From an uncultured Eubacteriales bacterium (GTDB lineage Bacteria; Bacillota; Peptococcia; Peptococcales; SKKY01), in NCBI GenBank assembly GCA_964642925.1, contig CAZXPJ010000001.1, positions 93,608 to 157,607 of the forward strand: DNA of 64,000 bases. The letters run 5' to 3'. Every line of letters begins with the position of its first letter. The first letter of the stretch is position 1. A program made the translations under genes and the position numbers. This document shows positions 1 to 9,461 of this stretch, piece by piece. The notes under the pieces were generated by a model. It was not told where the DNA came from. It worked only from the letters and a program-made list of their open reading frames with translations, and made no database searches.

Positions 1-142
1 ACACATCTACATAAAGACCTGTTAATGCATTGAAAAAAACAGATTTCCCTACATTTGGGTTACCAGCAAGAACTACCTTCCTTTCATGAGGAGGAAGATT
101 AATTTTTATCTCACCAAAATGAGAGTGGATATTTTTCTTTTC
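1..142 (-). CDS. feoB: FeoB ferrous-iron transporter, N-terminal GTPase fragment (gene runs off the window start)
   Basis: Manual minus-strand translation gives ...HERKVVLAGNPNVGKSVFFNALTGLYVDV. GNPNVGKS is the FeoB G1/P-loop. It lies immediately downstream of feoA. The start (TTG near 142) is uncertain. Confidence 0.6.
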
Positions 143-156
143 TTTATCCAAATTAA

Positions 157-378
157 TTACCTTCCTTTTCTAACAACTATCTTTTCTGCTAACTTTCTAC
201 CAATAGCTATTTCCTGATTACCTTTTTTTATAACTACAGGACCCTTTTTATAGACTTGAGAAATAATAACAAATTCTCCTGAATCAATTCCAAATCGAAT
301 CCCTTGAGACTTAACATCCCCTTCAGGAAAAGAAATTATTTCTAGCACCTGACCTACTTCTGCATCTCCTAAATTCAT
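157..378 (-). CDS. feoA: FeoA-family iron transport accessory protein
   Basis: 73 aa small SH3-like protein (GIRFGI..G..V.I, GPVVIKKGNQEIAIGRKLAEKI) followed directly by a FeoB G-domain. Confidence 0.75.
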   Translation of the reverse strand: MNLGDAEVGQVLEIISFPEGDVKSQGIRFGIDSGEFVIISQVYKKGPVVIKKGNQEIAIGRKLAEKIVVRKGR

Positions 379-429
379 GTTAACTCACCCTAACTATAAA
401 ATCTAAATAAATCCTCAGTATCTAGAATA

Positions 430-1077
430 CTAAGGAAAGATTATCTCTTTAGCTGAACTTGCTCCCAGCCTATCTGCACCTGCTTCAATTAAAGCTGCAG
501 CAAATTCTCTAGTTTTAATTCCTCCGGAGGCTTTGATCTTCTTTGAGTCTCCCACAATTTTTCTTATCAGAATAATATCTTCAAGGGTGGCTCCTCCACT
601 GGAAAATCCTGTTGAAGTTTTTACAAAATCAGCATCCGTCTTCATTATAATCATACAGACTCTTTCTTTTTCCTCTTCAGTTAAAACAGCGGTTTCAATT
701 ATTACCTTCAATATCTTGCCTTTTTTACGGGTAAGATTAGCAATTTGATTAATGTCTTTGAAAACCAAGTCATCCTTCTTATCCTTCAAAGCCCCTATAT
801 TAATAACCATATCTAGTTCATCGGCCCCTAAAGCTAAAGCTCTTTCAGCTTCTGCTAACTTTACCTCAGGCAAAGTTGCTCCTAGTGGGAATCCAATCAC
901 TGTACAAAGAGAAGTTTCACTACCGGCTAAAATATCCTTACATTTTTCTAAATTAAAAGGATTTACACATACTGCCTTAAGATTCCATTTTACAGCCTCA
1001 TGGCATAGAGTAGTAATTTGGAGCTCCGTAGCATCTGCTTTAAGTAAGGTATAATCTATATACTTTTCAAATTCCAT
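430..1077 (-). CDS. deoC: Deoxyribose-phosphate aldolase
   Basis: 215 aa. IDYTLLK, VCVNP, ELDMVINIG, Schiff-base region DFVKTSTGF and ASGGI motifs are typical of class I DERA. Confidence 0.9.
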   Translation of the reverse strand: MEFEKYIDYTLLKADATELQITTLCHEAVKWNLKAVCVNPFNLEKCKDILAGSETSLCTVIGFPLGATLPEVKLAEAERALALGADELDMVINIGALKDKKDDLVFKDINQIANLTRKKGKILKVIIETAVLTEEEKERVCMIIMKTDADFVKTSTGFSSGGATLEDIILIRKIVGDSKKIKASGGIKTREFAAALIEAGADRLGASSAKEIIFP

Positions 1078-1088
1078 TTTTTTTCCTC

Positions 1089-2444
1089 CTATATTACAAA
1101 TAATAAGATTGAAGCAAGAGTTGAGTAAATTACTAAACCAAGAACATCAATAGATGTGGTTATAAAAGGCGCTGAAGCGACAGCAGGATCAATGCCAACT
1201 TTTTTAAAGAATATTGGTACTAAAGTACCCATGGTAGCTGCTGTAAGAATATTGGCCATCATAGATAAGCCAACTACAAAGCCTAATTTCATATTATACT
1301 GCCAAAAATAAGCAATAATGGCAACCATAGAGCCCATGATTAGGCCGATGAGAACTCCAATTCTAAGTTCTCGAAAAATTGTTTTCTTAACCGTTTCTTT
1401 ATTTATAAATCCTGTAGCAATACCTCGCACTGTAACTGTAGAACATTGAGTTCCAACATTTCCTCCCATCCCAGCTAATAAGGGAATAAAAAAAGTAAGA
1501 ACAACCATTTTATCTAGCTGTTCTGAAAAGGCTGAAAGAACATTCCCGGAAAGAAAACCTCCTAATAGAGTAACTAATAACCAAGGCAACCTGGAACTTA
1601 AAGTTGTAATTAACTTTGCGTTCATATCATCCTCTAAGCCGAAAACCCCGGCCATTTTATATAAATCTTCCTCTGCTTCCTCATGAATAACGTCAATAAT
1701 ATCGTCTACTGTAATGATCCCAAGTAAATGATTTTTATCATCAACAACAGGCACTGCTATAAAATCATATCGTGAAACTATTTTAGCTACTTCTTCTTGG
1801 TCATCATGCACATTAACAGAAATAACATTCTTTTTCATTATTTCAGAGACCATAAGATCTTGGTTGGCGATAATCAACTCTCTTAAAGATATAACTCCCA
1901 TTAATTGATTTTTTAAATTCACAACATATAGATAATAAACCGTTTCTGCTTCTACAGCATTATCTCTTAGTGCTCTAATTGCTTTATCAACAGATATATT
2001 AAAAGGAACTGCAACAAATTCTGTGGTCATTATTCCACCAGCAGTATCATCCTTATAATTTAAAAGCTCTTGAACATCTTCAGCTGTAGAGCTTTCGAAT
2101 AAATCTAAATATCTTTCCTTATCCGTATCTGGCAGTTCTCCTAAAAAGTCTGCCGCATCATCATAAGGCATGTATTCAAAGATTTCCGAAATTTTAAGAT
2201 CTGGAAGTAAGGACAGTAACTGAGTAATTTCTTCTGATTCTAGTTCATTCAAAACTAAAGCAACTCTTTCAGAATCTAATTGCTCGATTAGTATTTTTTT
2301 ATCCTTTAACCGATTAAGGCTTTTCAAAACATCAGCAATATCTACTTGGTGTGTTTTGTCGATTATCTCTGCGATTTGATTAAAATTTCTTAAAATTACT
2401 GCATTTTTAAGTTTCTTTTGCTCCTGTAATCTAGCTTGAACCAT
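1089..2444 (-). CDS. mgtE: Magnesium transporter MgtE
   Basis: 451 aa. N-domain, tandem CBS pair (GGIMTTEFV..., VPVVDDKNHLLGIITVDDIIDVI) and C-terminal 5-TM MgtE channel domain (GMGGNVGTQ). Confidence 0.9.
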   Translation of the reverse strand: MVQARLQEQKKLKNAVILRNFNQIAEIIDKTHQVDIADVLKSLNRLKDKKILIEQLDSERVALVLNELESEEITQLLSLLPDLKISEIFEYMPYDDAADFLGELPDTDKERYLDLFESSTAEDVQELLNYKDDTAGGIMTTEFVAVPFNISVDKAIRALRDNAVEAETVYYLYVVNLKNQLMGVISLRELIIANQDLMVSEIMKKNVISVNVHDDQEEVAKIVSRYDFIAVPVVDDKNHLLGIITVDDIIDVIHEEAEEDLYKMAGVFGLEDDMNAKLITTLSSRLPWLLVTLLGGFLSGNVLSAFSEQLDKMVVLTFFIPLLAGMGGNVGTQCSTVTVRGIATGFINKETVKKTIFRELRIGVLIGLIMGSMVAIIAYFWQYNMKLGFVVGLSMMANILTAATMGTLVPIFFKKVGIDPAVASAPFITTSIDVLGLVIYSTLASILLFVI

Positions 2445-2536
2445 AGCTCCTCCTTTTCTGGAGCTATCCCCTTGGAAGAAAGCTCCTTTGTTGTTTTTTC
2501 CATCGGGGTATTACGTCCATTATCCTAGTCTCCTTT

Positions 2537-3430
2537 TTAATATTCTTTATTATTGTAACCAAAATTACTTAAAGTAGTATTTTTGTTACGCCAATCTTCT
2601 TTAACTTTAACCCAAAGATCTAAAAAAATTCTAGCTCCCAAGATGTTTTCTAATTCCCGTCGTGAATCTTGGCCAATAGCCTTCAATAATTGTCCTTGCT
2701 TGCCGATGACTATTTTTTTTTGGGAACCTCTTTCCACATAAATAGTTGCCAGTATATTTATTACTTCCCCTTTCTTTTTTTCCTCTATCTGTTCTATAAC
2801 CACAGCAACGGAATGGGGAATTTCTTCTTTTGTTCTTTTTAGTATTTTTTCTCTAATAATTTCAGATATTATTACTTTCTCCGGTTGATCTGTAACTTCA
2901 CCTGAAGGATAGAACATGGGGCCTTCTTCAAGATATGTTTTAGTTTTTTCAATTAGCTGATCTACATTATCCCTTTTTAAGGCTGAAACAGGAAATATCT
3001 CTGCAAATTCATACTGATTTTGCCAAAAATCAATTTTCCTTAATAAATCTTCTTTAGGAATTAAATCTATCTTATTTAAAACCAAAACTACTGGCTGCTC
3101 CACATGCTTTAATCTTTCTACAATATATCTTTCTCCACCCTTAAAATCCACCGTAGCATCTACAAGATAATAAATTAAATCTACATCCCTAATAGTTTTA
3201 TCCGCTACTTCTACCATATATTCTCCAAGTTTATGTTTAGGTTTATGAATACCAGGAGTATCAAGATAAACTATTTGAACATCTTCCCTAGTATAAATAC
3301 CTGTTATTCTATTTCTAGTTGTTTGAGGTTTGTCTGACATAATTGCTACTTTTTTTCCTAGTATCTCATTCATTAAAGTAGACTTACCTGCATTAGGTCT
3401 GCCTATTAGTGCTACAAATCCTGATTTCAT
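2537..3430 (-). CDS. era: GTPase Era
   Basis: 297 aa. GRPNAGKST P-loop, DTPG, NKID, C-terminal KH domain. Syntenic with cdd-dgkA-ybeY as in Bacillus. Confidence 0.95.
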   Translation of the reverse strand: MKSGFVALIGRPNAGKSTLMNEILGKKVAIMSDKPQTTRNRITGIYTREDVQIVYLDTPGIHKPKHKLGEYMVEVADKTIRDVDLIYYLVDATVDFKGGERYIVERLKHVEQPVVLVLNKIDLIPKEDLLRKIDFWQNQYEFAEIFPVSALKRDNVDQLIEKTKTYLEEGPMFYPSGEVTDQPEKVIISEIIREKILKRTKEEIPHSVAVVIEQIEEKKKGEVINILATIYVERGSQKKIVIGKQGQLLKAIGQDSRRELENILGARIFLDLWVKVKEDWRNKNTTLSNFGYNNKEY

Positions 3431-3825
3431 TTATTCCCCTCTTTCAAATCGTATTCAAAGGCCATAGGAAGAAGTTCCTTTAAAGTTACTTTTTTAATCC
3501 CATTTTTCCATTTTATAGTAACTTCCAAATCATCTGCAAATTCCTTGAGTACCTGAAGGCAGGCACCACAAGGAGTAACTATTGTTTCCGCCTCTGTAAT
3601 TAATGCTAACTTAGTAAAACACTTCTCTCCTTGCCCCACTGCGGAAAACATTGCATTTCTTTCGGCACAAACAGACAAGCCGTAGCTTACATTTTCAATA
3701 TTTGTTCCTGTATAAACTTTACCATCACAACTTAAAAGGGCAGCTCCCACCTTGAAATTTGAATAGGGGGAATAAGATCTCCCCATTGCTTCTTCGGCTA
3801 AAGTCATTAATTCTTCATTAGTCAT
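3427..3825 (-). CDS. cdd: Cytidine deaminase
   Basis: 132 aa. Zinc-ligand motifs CAERNA and PCGACLQ. Confidence 0.9.
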   Translation of the reverse strand: MTNEELMTLAEEAMGRSYSPYSNFKVGAALLSCDGKVYTGTNIENVSYGLSVCAERNAMFSAVGQGEKCFTKLALITEAETIVTPCGACLQVLKEFADDLEVTIKWKNGIKKVTLKELLPMAFEYDLKEGNK

Positions 3826-3838
3826 AAAATCACATCCT

Positions 3839-4189
3839 TTAAGGTATTAGGAATATTAATATCCCATTGATCACAGCAACTATACTTACAACAAGGACAG
3901 CTCCAGCGGCCATGTCCTTAATTCTTTTAGCTTCAATATTATAATCAAGAGTAATTAAGTCCACTGTTCTTTCAAAGGCTGAATTAATCACCTCTACTGA
4001 AATTACCAAGCCTATTTGCAAAAACAACAAAATCCACCTTACTGTGGATATTTTAAAAACAAATCCAGCTATGATAACTACCACCATAGCCATAAAATGT
4101 ATTTTGAAGTTTTTTTCTTTACTAAAAGCAAAGCCCATTCCTGAAAAAGCATGTTTAAAGCTTTCAAGTAGATTCTTTGATTTATACAT
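3839..4189 (-). CDS. dgkA: Diacylglycerol/undecaprenol kinase (DAGK_prokar family)
   Basis: 116 aa, 3-TM protein with the EVINSAFE motif. Conserved position between ybeY and cdd. Confidence 0.8.
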   Translation of the reverse strand: MYKSKNLLESFKHAFSGMGFAFSKEKNFKIHFMAMVVVIIAGFVFKISTVRWILLFLQIGLVISVEVINSAFERTVDLITLDYNIEAKRIKDMAAGAVLVVSIVAVINGILIFLIP

Positions 4190-4196
4190 TTTCGCC

Positions 4197-4679
4197 CTAC
4201 CTTGTCAGTAAGAATTTTTCTAAAATTAATTCTTCTCTAGAACGCATTTCTTTTTTCTCATCTTCTTCTAGGTGGTCGTATCCAAAAAGATGAAGCATAC
4301 CATGAATAAATAAATACATTAACTCTCTTTTAAAACTATGGCCGAATTCTACCCTTTGCTCTTGAGCTTTTTCTAGAGAAATTACAATATCCCCTAGAAG
4401 AATTTCCTTAGGAAATTCTTTGGATTTTAATAGATTTAAATCTTCTCTTTCATACATAGGGAAAGAAAGTACATCTGTTGCAGAATCAATATTTCGATAT
4501 TCTTTATTTAAAACTTTAATTTCTTCATTATCAAGAAAGACCAAACTCACCTCTGAGTAAGCAGGCATTCCTTCTGCGGCTAGCATATGAGAATATATTC
4601 TTTCTATAAAAAGAGTTTCTTCTTCAGATATTTTTATTTTTTCCTGTTCATTATTTATCTTTATCACTACTATTACCAT
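4197..4679 (-). CDS. ybeY: rRNA maturation endoribonuclease YbeY
   Basis: 160 aa with the zinc motif HGMLHLFGYDH. Overlaps the pgpH 3' end by 29 nt. Confidence 0.9.
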   Translation of the reverse strand: MVIVVIKINNEQEKIKISEEETLFIERIYSHMLAAEGMPAYSEVSLVFLDNEEIKVLNKEYRNIDSATDVLSFPMYEREDLNLLKSKEFPKEILLGDIVISLEKAQEQRVEFGHSFKRELMYLFIHGMLHLFGYDHLEEDEKKEMRSREELILEKFLLTR

Positions 4680-6801
4680 CCTGATTTTCTTTTTTTAATT
4701 CCTTTAAGACACCTTCTGGATATTCAATTCTAGTATGATAAATTCCTTGCAGAATTTTAACAAAGGATTTAATGATAGTTTCAATTTCCTTCATAGTAAG
4801 TTCACTTTCATCTAACTGACCATCATAAAGTTTGTCTTTTACAATATTTCTTACCATGTTATCAATTTTTATTGGATTTATATCTTTAATAGATTTTACC
4901 GCAGCCTCTACGCTATCTGCTAACATTAAAATAGCTGTTTCCTTAGTATTTGGTTTTGGCCCTTCATATCTAAAATCATCCGCATAAACATCAGGATTAA
5001 TTTCTTTAGCTTTATGATAAAAATAGTTCATTAAGCTAGTACCGTGATGCATCGGTATAAAATCTAAAATAGCTTGGGGTAATTTATATTTCCTACCTAA
5101 TTCTATTCCTTCCTTAACGTGAGCTTGGAGTACTATTACACTTAAACTTGGGTTAAGTTTTTCATGGGGATTTTCTCCTACCTGATTTTCCACATAAAAG
5201 AATGGCCTTTTTAGTTTACCCACATCATGATAAGCAGCACCAACTCTTACAAGAACAGAGTTTGCTCCGATAGCCTCTGCTGCCCCTTCTGCTAAATTAC
5301 CCATAATAATAGAATGGTGGTAAGTACCCGGGGCCTCATTAATCATTTTCTTAAGCAGTGGATGATTAGGGTTAAACAATTCTAGAAGCTTTATAATTGT
5401 TGTTTTATTAAAGAAATCTTCTAGATAGGGAAGAATTCCAATAGTTAGTATTGTAGAAAGAAGACCATTTAATGCTCCAAAAGCTAAAGCAGTTAAGTAA
5501 TAGGAATAGTCTTCATTTACAGACATTAAGCCTGCAGTAATGCCTAAACAGTTAGCAACGGAAATATAGACTCCAGCTTTAATTAAGTCTCCTCTTTGAT
5601 TAATCTTTGCTACAAGGTATATACCCATATAACTACCAATAAAAGAAGTGTAGACATAGGCCATATTCTCTGTAATTAAACCAAGATAAATACTTATTAT
5701 AGCGGCACAAACATAAGCAAGTTTGTCATCTAACAGTATCGCAATTAACATGGCTACAGCTGCTGTGGGAATTAAAAAACCTACCAAAGGGGCAAATGTA
5801 CTTACGGAATAATTTTGTACTACTATAAAAATCTTAGCCAAAATTAGAGCAAGATAAAATAAAACCATGAGAAGAAGGATATCTTTATCTTTTTTATAAA
5901 TCTCTGGCTTATGATTTTTAAGAAATAGAGAAACTAATAATACAAATAGTAATGTATATAATATTATTCCCGTAATGATTCCTGGAGCATTCCCTTTATC
6001 CGAATAACCTAGCCAGCTTAAGACTTCAATTTGTCTAGAATTAAGGACTTCTCCCTTACTCACTACTCTTTCATCTTTTTGAACTACTATTCTTACTGGG
6101 TCAACTTTTTCTAGGGCCTTTTCCACCTCTAGACTAGTAGCTTCCTCATCAGGAACAAGATTAGGAACAAGCTTAATATTATTAGCAAGATTTGCAATAA
6201 ATTTTTTATAGACAGGATTTATTTCAAGTAGTTCTATATCAGACCTTATTTTCTCAATGGTAAAAATAAGGTCTTCACTATTTACTCCCCTGGCAAAATT
6301 GTCTTTAACAATAACTTCAAGCCTTCCCTTAATAGCATCAATTTGAGATTCGGGAACTGCGCTTAAAGTTTCTACATCTGCTAGGGTAAAAGTATAGCCT
6401 AACCCTGATAAAATATTAACTTTTTGGTTTAAAAGAAGTTCTTTATCATAGAGTATCTGTTTAATCTTATCAGTAATATTATTCAAGTCTTCTTGATAAG
6501 CTTCAATATGATTAGGTACCAAACGATAAACAGTTTGTACCTTAGATGCTACTTCTGCTCTTTTAATGGCTGTCGCTTCCGAGTCGATAAAGGTCAAATA
6601 CCTATCAGCTTCCACAGTAACTGGGGAAACGTCACCCTCAGAAAGATCAAGAACTTTTGGAATCATACTTCCAGAGATCAAGACCACAACCATAAAGGTA
6701 AACAGAGTTACATAAAGAGCTCTTCTATATTTACTATTCTTTTCAAACAATTTATAAACTTTATTTCCTTTTAGCTTTTTTAAAAACTTCATTAAAACCA
6801 C
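4651..6801 (-). CDS. pgpH: 7TM-HD membrane phosphohydrolase (PgpH/YqfF-type, c-di-AMP phosphodiesterase family)
   Basis: 716 aa. N-terminal extracellular domain, 7-TM block, C-terminal HD domain (HHSIIMGNL, YHDVGK). Located between phoH and ybeY. Confidence 0.85.
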   Translation of the reverse strand: MVLMKFLKKLKGNKVYKLFEKNSKYRRALYVTLFTFMVVVLISGSMIPKVLDLSEGDVSPVTVEADRYLTFIDSEATAIKRAEVASKVQTVYRLVPNHIEAYQEDLNNITDKIKQILYDKELLLNQKVNILSGLGYTFTLADVETLSAVPESQIDAIKGRLEVIVKDNFARGVNSEDLIFTIEKIRSDIELLEINPVYKKFIANLANNIKLVPNLVPDEEATSLEVEKALEKVDPVRIVVQKDERVVSKGEVLNSRQIEVLSWLGYSDKGNAPGIITGIILYTLLFVLLVSLFLKNHKPEIYKKDKDILLLMVLFYLALILAKIFIVVQNYSVSTFAPLVGFLIPTAAVAMLIAILLDDKLAYVCAAIISIYLGLITENMAYVYTSFIGSYMGIYLVAKINQRGDLIKAGVYISVANCLGITAGLMSVNEDYSYYLTALAFGALNGLLSTILTIGILPYLEDFFNKTTIIKLLELFNPNHPLLKKMINEAPGTYHHSIIMGNLAEGAAEAIGANSVLVRVGAAYHDVGKLKRPFFYVENQVGENPHEKLNPSLSVIVLQAHVKEGIELGRKYKLPQAILDFIPMHHGTSLMNYFYHKAKEINPDVYADDFRYEGPKPNTKETAILMLADSVEAAVKSIKDINPIKIDNMVRNIVKDKLYDGQLDESELTMKEIETIIKSFVKILQGIYHTRIEYPEGVLKELKKENQDGNSSDKDK

Positions 6802-6806
6802 TCTTT

Positions 6807-7763
6807 TTAATTAGATTTATAATACTTGTCATAAGCTTCGATGATTTTTCTGACTATTTTATGTCTTACTACATCTTTACTATCCAGATAAGAAAATCCA
6901 ATCTCATTTATATTCTTCAAAATATTTTGAATTAAAATCAACCCAGATTCAGAGTTTTTTGGTAAATCTACTTGGGTGATATCACCAGTAACCACAACTT
7001 TAGAATTCAAGCCGATTCTAGTTAAAAACATTTTCATTTGTTCCGGAGTTGTGTTTTGAGCTTCATCAAGAATGATAAAGCAATCTTCAAGGGTACGGCC
7101 TCTCATGTAAGCTAGAGGAGCTATTTCAATAATGCCCTTTTCAATATACTTTAAAACCAGCTCAAAGCCTAAAACATCATAAAGACTATCATATAAGGGT
7201 CTTAAGTAAGGATCTATTTTTTCTTGGAGATCCCCTGGAAGAAATCCGAGATTTTCCCCAGCTTCTACTGCCGGCCTAGTCAATACAATTCTTGATACTT
7301 TCTTTTCTCTTAAATATTTAATTGCCATAACAACGGCTAGATAAGTTTTTCCTGTTCCTGCGGGCCCAATACCAAAAACCACATCTTTATTGTTAATCAT
7401 TTCTACATAATCATATTGCCCCTTGGTTTTGGCCATTATTTTTTTCCCACGAACAGTCATATATATTTCTTCTTTTAAAAGGTTTGAAATTTCTTTTTCT
7501 TTTTCTTGCATCAAAATCGCATAATCTATATCAGTTAAAGAAATTGTCCCATTATTTTCTAATAAATTAATTAGATGCTGAAATATTCTTTCAGCTATTT
7601 CTACTTTTTCTTTTTCGCCAGAAATAATAAGCTGATTGCTTTTTGCTACTATATCTACGGAAAGGTTATTCCGAAGAACATTTAGGTACTCATCATTAGC
7701 TCCATAAAGGACTTGAGCTAACTGATTATTCTCTAAGCCTAGAGTTTTTTCTTGTTGCGGCAA
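6807..7763 (-). CDS. phoH: PhoH-like ATPase (YbeZ/PhoH)
   Basis: 318 aa. Walker A GPAGTGKTY, Walker B IILDEAQN. TTG start with a GAGGGGG RBS 7 nt upstream. Confidence 0.9.
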   Translation of the reverse strand: MPQQEKTLGLENNQLAQVLYGANDEYLNVLRNNLSVDIVAKSNQLIISGEKEKVEIAERIFQHLINLLENNGTISLTDIDYAILMQEKEKEISNLLKEEIYMTVRGKKIMAKTKGQYDYVEMINNKDVVFGIGPAGTGKTYLAVVMAIKYLREKKVSRIVLTRPAVEAGENLGFLPGDLQEKIDPYLRPLYDSLYDVLGFELVLKYIEKGIIEIAPLAYMRGRTLEDCFIILDEAQNTTPEQMKMFLTRIGLNSKVVVTGDITQVDLPKNSESGLILIQNILKNINEIGFSYLDSKDVVRHKIVRKIIEAYDKYYKSN

Positions 7764-7779
7764 ATTTAATCCCCCTCTG

Positions 7780-7812
7780 AAAAAAAGTGCCTTTTATAGG
7801 ACAAAGGCACTT
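7780..7812 (-). terminator. Rho-independent terminator immediately upstream of the phoH RBS
   Basis: Minus strand: AAGTGCCTTT-(8 nt loop)-AAAGGCACTT, a 10-bp perfect stem followed by TTTTTTT. Confidence 0.8.
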
Positions 7813-7822
7813 ATGACTGTTA

Positions 7823-7999
7823 TTACATTAGATTTTTCATTGTTATTACAAAATAAAAAGTTATTGTAGTTAGAATAATCCCCAATGCTATGTTGAAATA
7901 CTTAAGTATTTTTTCTTCAGTAATCATCTTATTGAATATTAAACCTACTAATATTCCTATAGAGATTATAACTAACCAACCTACTAATACTATAAACAA
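7823..7999 (-). CDS. Unannotated 58-aa small membrane protein (two predicted hydrophobic segments)
   Basis: Not in the ORF track (too short). Manual translation: (TTG)LFIVLVGWLVIISIGILVGLIFNKMITEEKILKYFNIALGIILTTITFYFVITMKNLM*. AGGTGA RBS 5 nt upstream, overlapping the stop of the preceding gene. Followed by a strong terminator. Confidence 0.4.
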   Translation of the reverse strand: MFIVLVGWLVIISIGILVGLIFNKMITEEKILKYFNIALGIILTTITFYFVITMKNLM

Positions 8000-8004
8000 T
8001 TAAG

Positions 8005-8475
8005 TCACCTTCTGTAGGGCAACCCATTTTTTCTTGAAACTGGCTCCCCAATTATTTCAGAAAAAACGATAGCCTTTTTTAAATCTTTTCTTTTAAGTTC
8101 AAATAAAGATTCTTCATTATTATAGTATATTTTTTCATTATTTTCATCTATATTTTTTTTGATCTCTCTTATTGGCTCAACTGATTCTTCACTTTTATAT
8201 TTTACTGTTTGGGCTTTAGGGGAAGTTACTGGAACTTTAGGAATTCTTTTTAATTTTGTTTTTTGTTTAATCTCTTCTTGAGGATCTTGCTCAAATTTTG
8301 CTAATTGCTCCAGAGCCTCATCAAAAAAGGACTTCTTTTTCTTTTTTTCATAAGTTTTCTCTTTACTTCCCTCAACATTCTTAGGAGGCTTCTTTTTAGA
8401 AGTTCCTCCTATGATCATTTTGAATATGAAAATATAAAAGGCAACATTAAAAATCGTCCCTAATAATTCTTCCAT
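8005..8475 (-). CDS. Lys/Glu-rich membrane-anchored protein (YqfB-position protein of the flotillin operon)
   Basis: 156 aa. N-terminal TM helix, long charged K/E-rich linker, conserved-looking C-terminal AIVFSEIIGEPVSRK. Its ATG overlaps the floA stop (TAATG). Confidence 0.6.
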   Translation of the reverse strand: MEELLGTIFNVAFYIFIFKMIIGGTSKKKPPKNVEGSKEKTYEKKKKKSFFDEALEQLAKFEQDPQEEIKQKTKLKRIPKVPVTSPKAQTVKYKSEESVEPIREIKKNIDENNEKIYYNNEESLFELKRKDLKKAIVFSEIIGEPVSRKNGLPYRR

Positions 8476-9440
8476 TATTTACCCTCTTTAGATATATTTT
8501 CTCTCATAGCTGTGTCTGCCATAACATTCTTAATATTATAGTAATCCATAACACCAATTTTTCCATTTTTAAATGCTTCTGCAATACCTAGAGGTACTTG
8601 AGCTTCTGCTTCTACAACTTTTGCACTCATTTCTTGAACTCTAGCTTTCATTTCTTGCTCTAGGGCAACAGCCATAGCTCTTCTTTCCTCAGCTTTAGCT
8701 TGGGCAATATTTTTATCTGCTTCTGCTTGATCAATTTGCAATTCTGCACCAATGTTTTTACCTACATCCACATCCGCAATATCAATAGATAAAATTTCAA
8801 ATGCTGTTCCAGAATCTAAGCCCTTAGCAAGTACTGTCTTGGAAATACTGTCTGGATTTTCTAATACATTTTTATGAGATTCTGCACTACCAATTGTTGA
8901 AACAATACCTTCTCCAACTCTTGCAATGATTGTTTCTTCGCCAGCTCCACCAACAAGACGGTCAATATTAGCTCTTACTGTAACTCTAGCCGTAGCCTTT
9001 ACTTGAATACCATTTTTAGCCATAGCCGCTACTACTGGAGTTTCGATTACCTTAGGAGTAACACTTAACGTTACCGCTTCTTTTACATCTCTTCCTGCAA
9101 GATCAATTGCTGCAGCTTTAGAGAAATTTAAATTAATACCAGCTCTTTGAGCCATAATTAAAGCATCTACTACTTTATCCACATTACCTCCTGCAAGATA
9201 ATGAGCCTCTAATTTACCAATTTCTACTTCTATTTCAGCTTTTTCAGCTTTAATCAAAGGAAGAACTATCCTATTTGGAGCAACTCTTCTAAGACGCATA
9301 CCAATAAGATTAAATAAACCAACCTTTACCCCTGCAGCAAGAGCAGATACCCATAAGCCTACAGGTACAAAGGTAAATAATACGACAACAAAAAATATTA
9401 AAATTACTAAAAAAATAAAGGGTGCTAAAACTTCAATCAT
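8475..9440 (-). CDS. floA: Flotillin-like protein FloA (UPF0365/YqfA)
   Basis: 321 aa. N-terminal TM hairpin, SPFH-like core, Ala/Glu-rich coiled region ([21 protein letters not shown]). Downstream of nfeD. Confidence 0.9.
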   Translation of the reverse strand: MIEVLAPFIFLVILIFFVVVLFTFVPVGLWVSALAAGVKVGLFNLIGMRLRRVAPNRIVLPLIKAEKAEIEVEIGKLEAHYLAGGNVDKVVDALIMAQRAGINLNFSKAAAIDLAGRDVKEAVTLSVTPKVIETPVVAAMAKNGIQVKATARVTVRANIDRLVGGAGEETIIARVGEGIVSTIGSAESHKNVLENPDSISKTVLAKGLDSGTAFEILSIDIADVDVGKNIGAELQIDQAEADKNIAQAKAEERRAMAVALEQEMKARVQEMSAKVVEAEAQVPLGIAEAFKNGKIGVMDYYNIKNVMADTAMRENISKEGK

Positions 9441-9461
9441 CTAATTTCCTCCTGTTTTTTT

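Noticed and set aside
379-429. Fur box upstream of feoA.
   Set aside because: Only a weak GTAT-N5-ATAC dyad is present, with no convincing match to the 19-bp Fur consensus GATAATGATAATCATTATC.
533-1054. Two plus-strand ORFs (533-748, 752-1054) antisense to deoC.
   Set aside because: They lie entirely inside a well-supported minus-strand gene. Their composition is low-complexity and S/F/I/L-rich, typical of antisense frames in AT-rich DNA. They have no RBS and no recognisable motif.
2445-2536. M-box (ykoK) Mg2+ riboswitch expected upstream of mgtE.
   Set aside because: The spacer is only 92 nt and lacks the multi-helix M-box architecture. I report a short alternative-hairpin leader instead.
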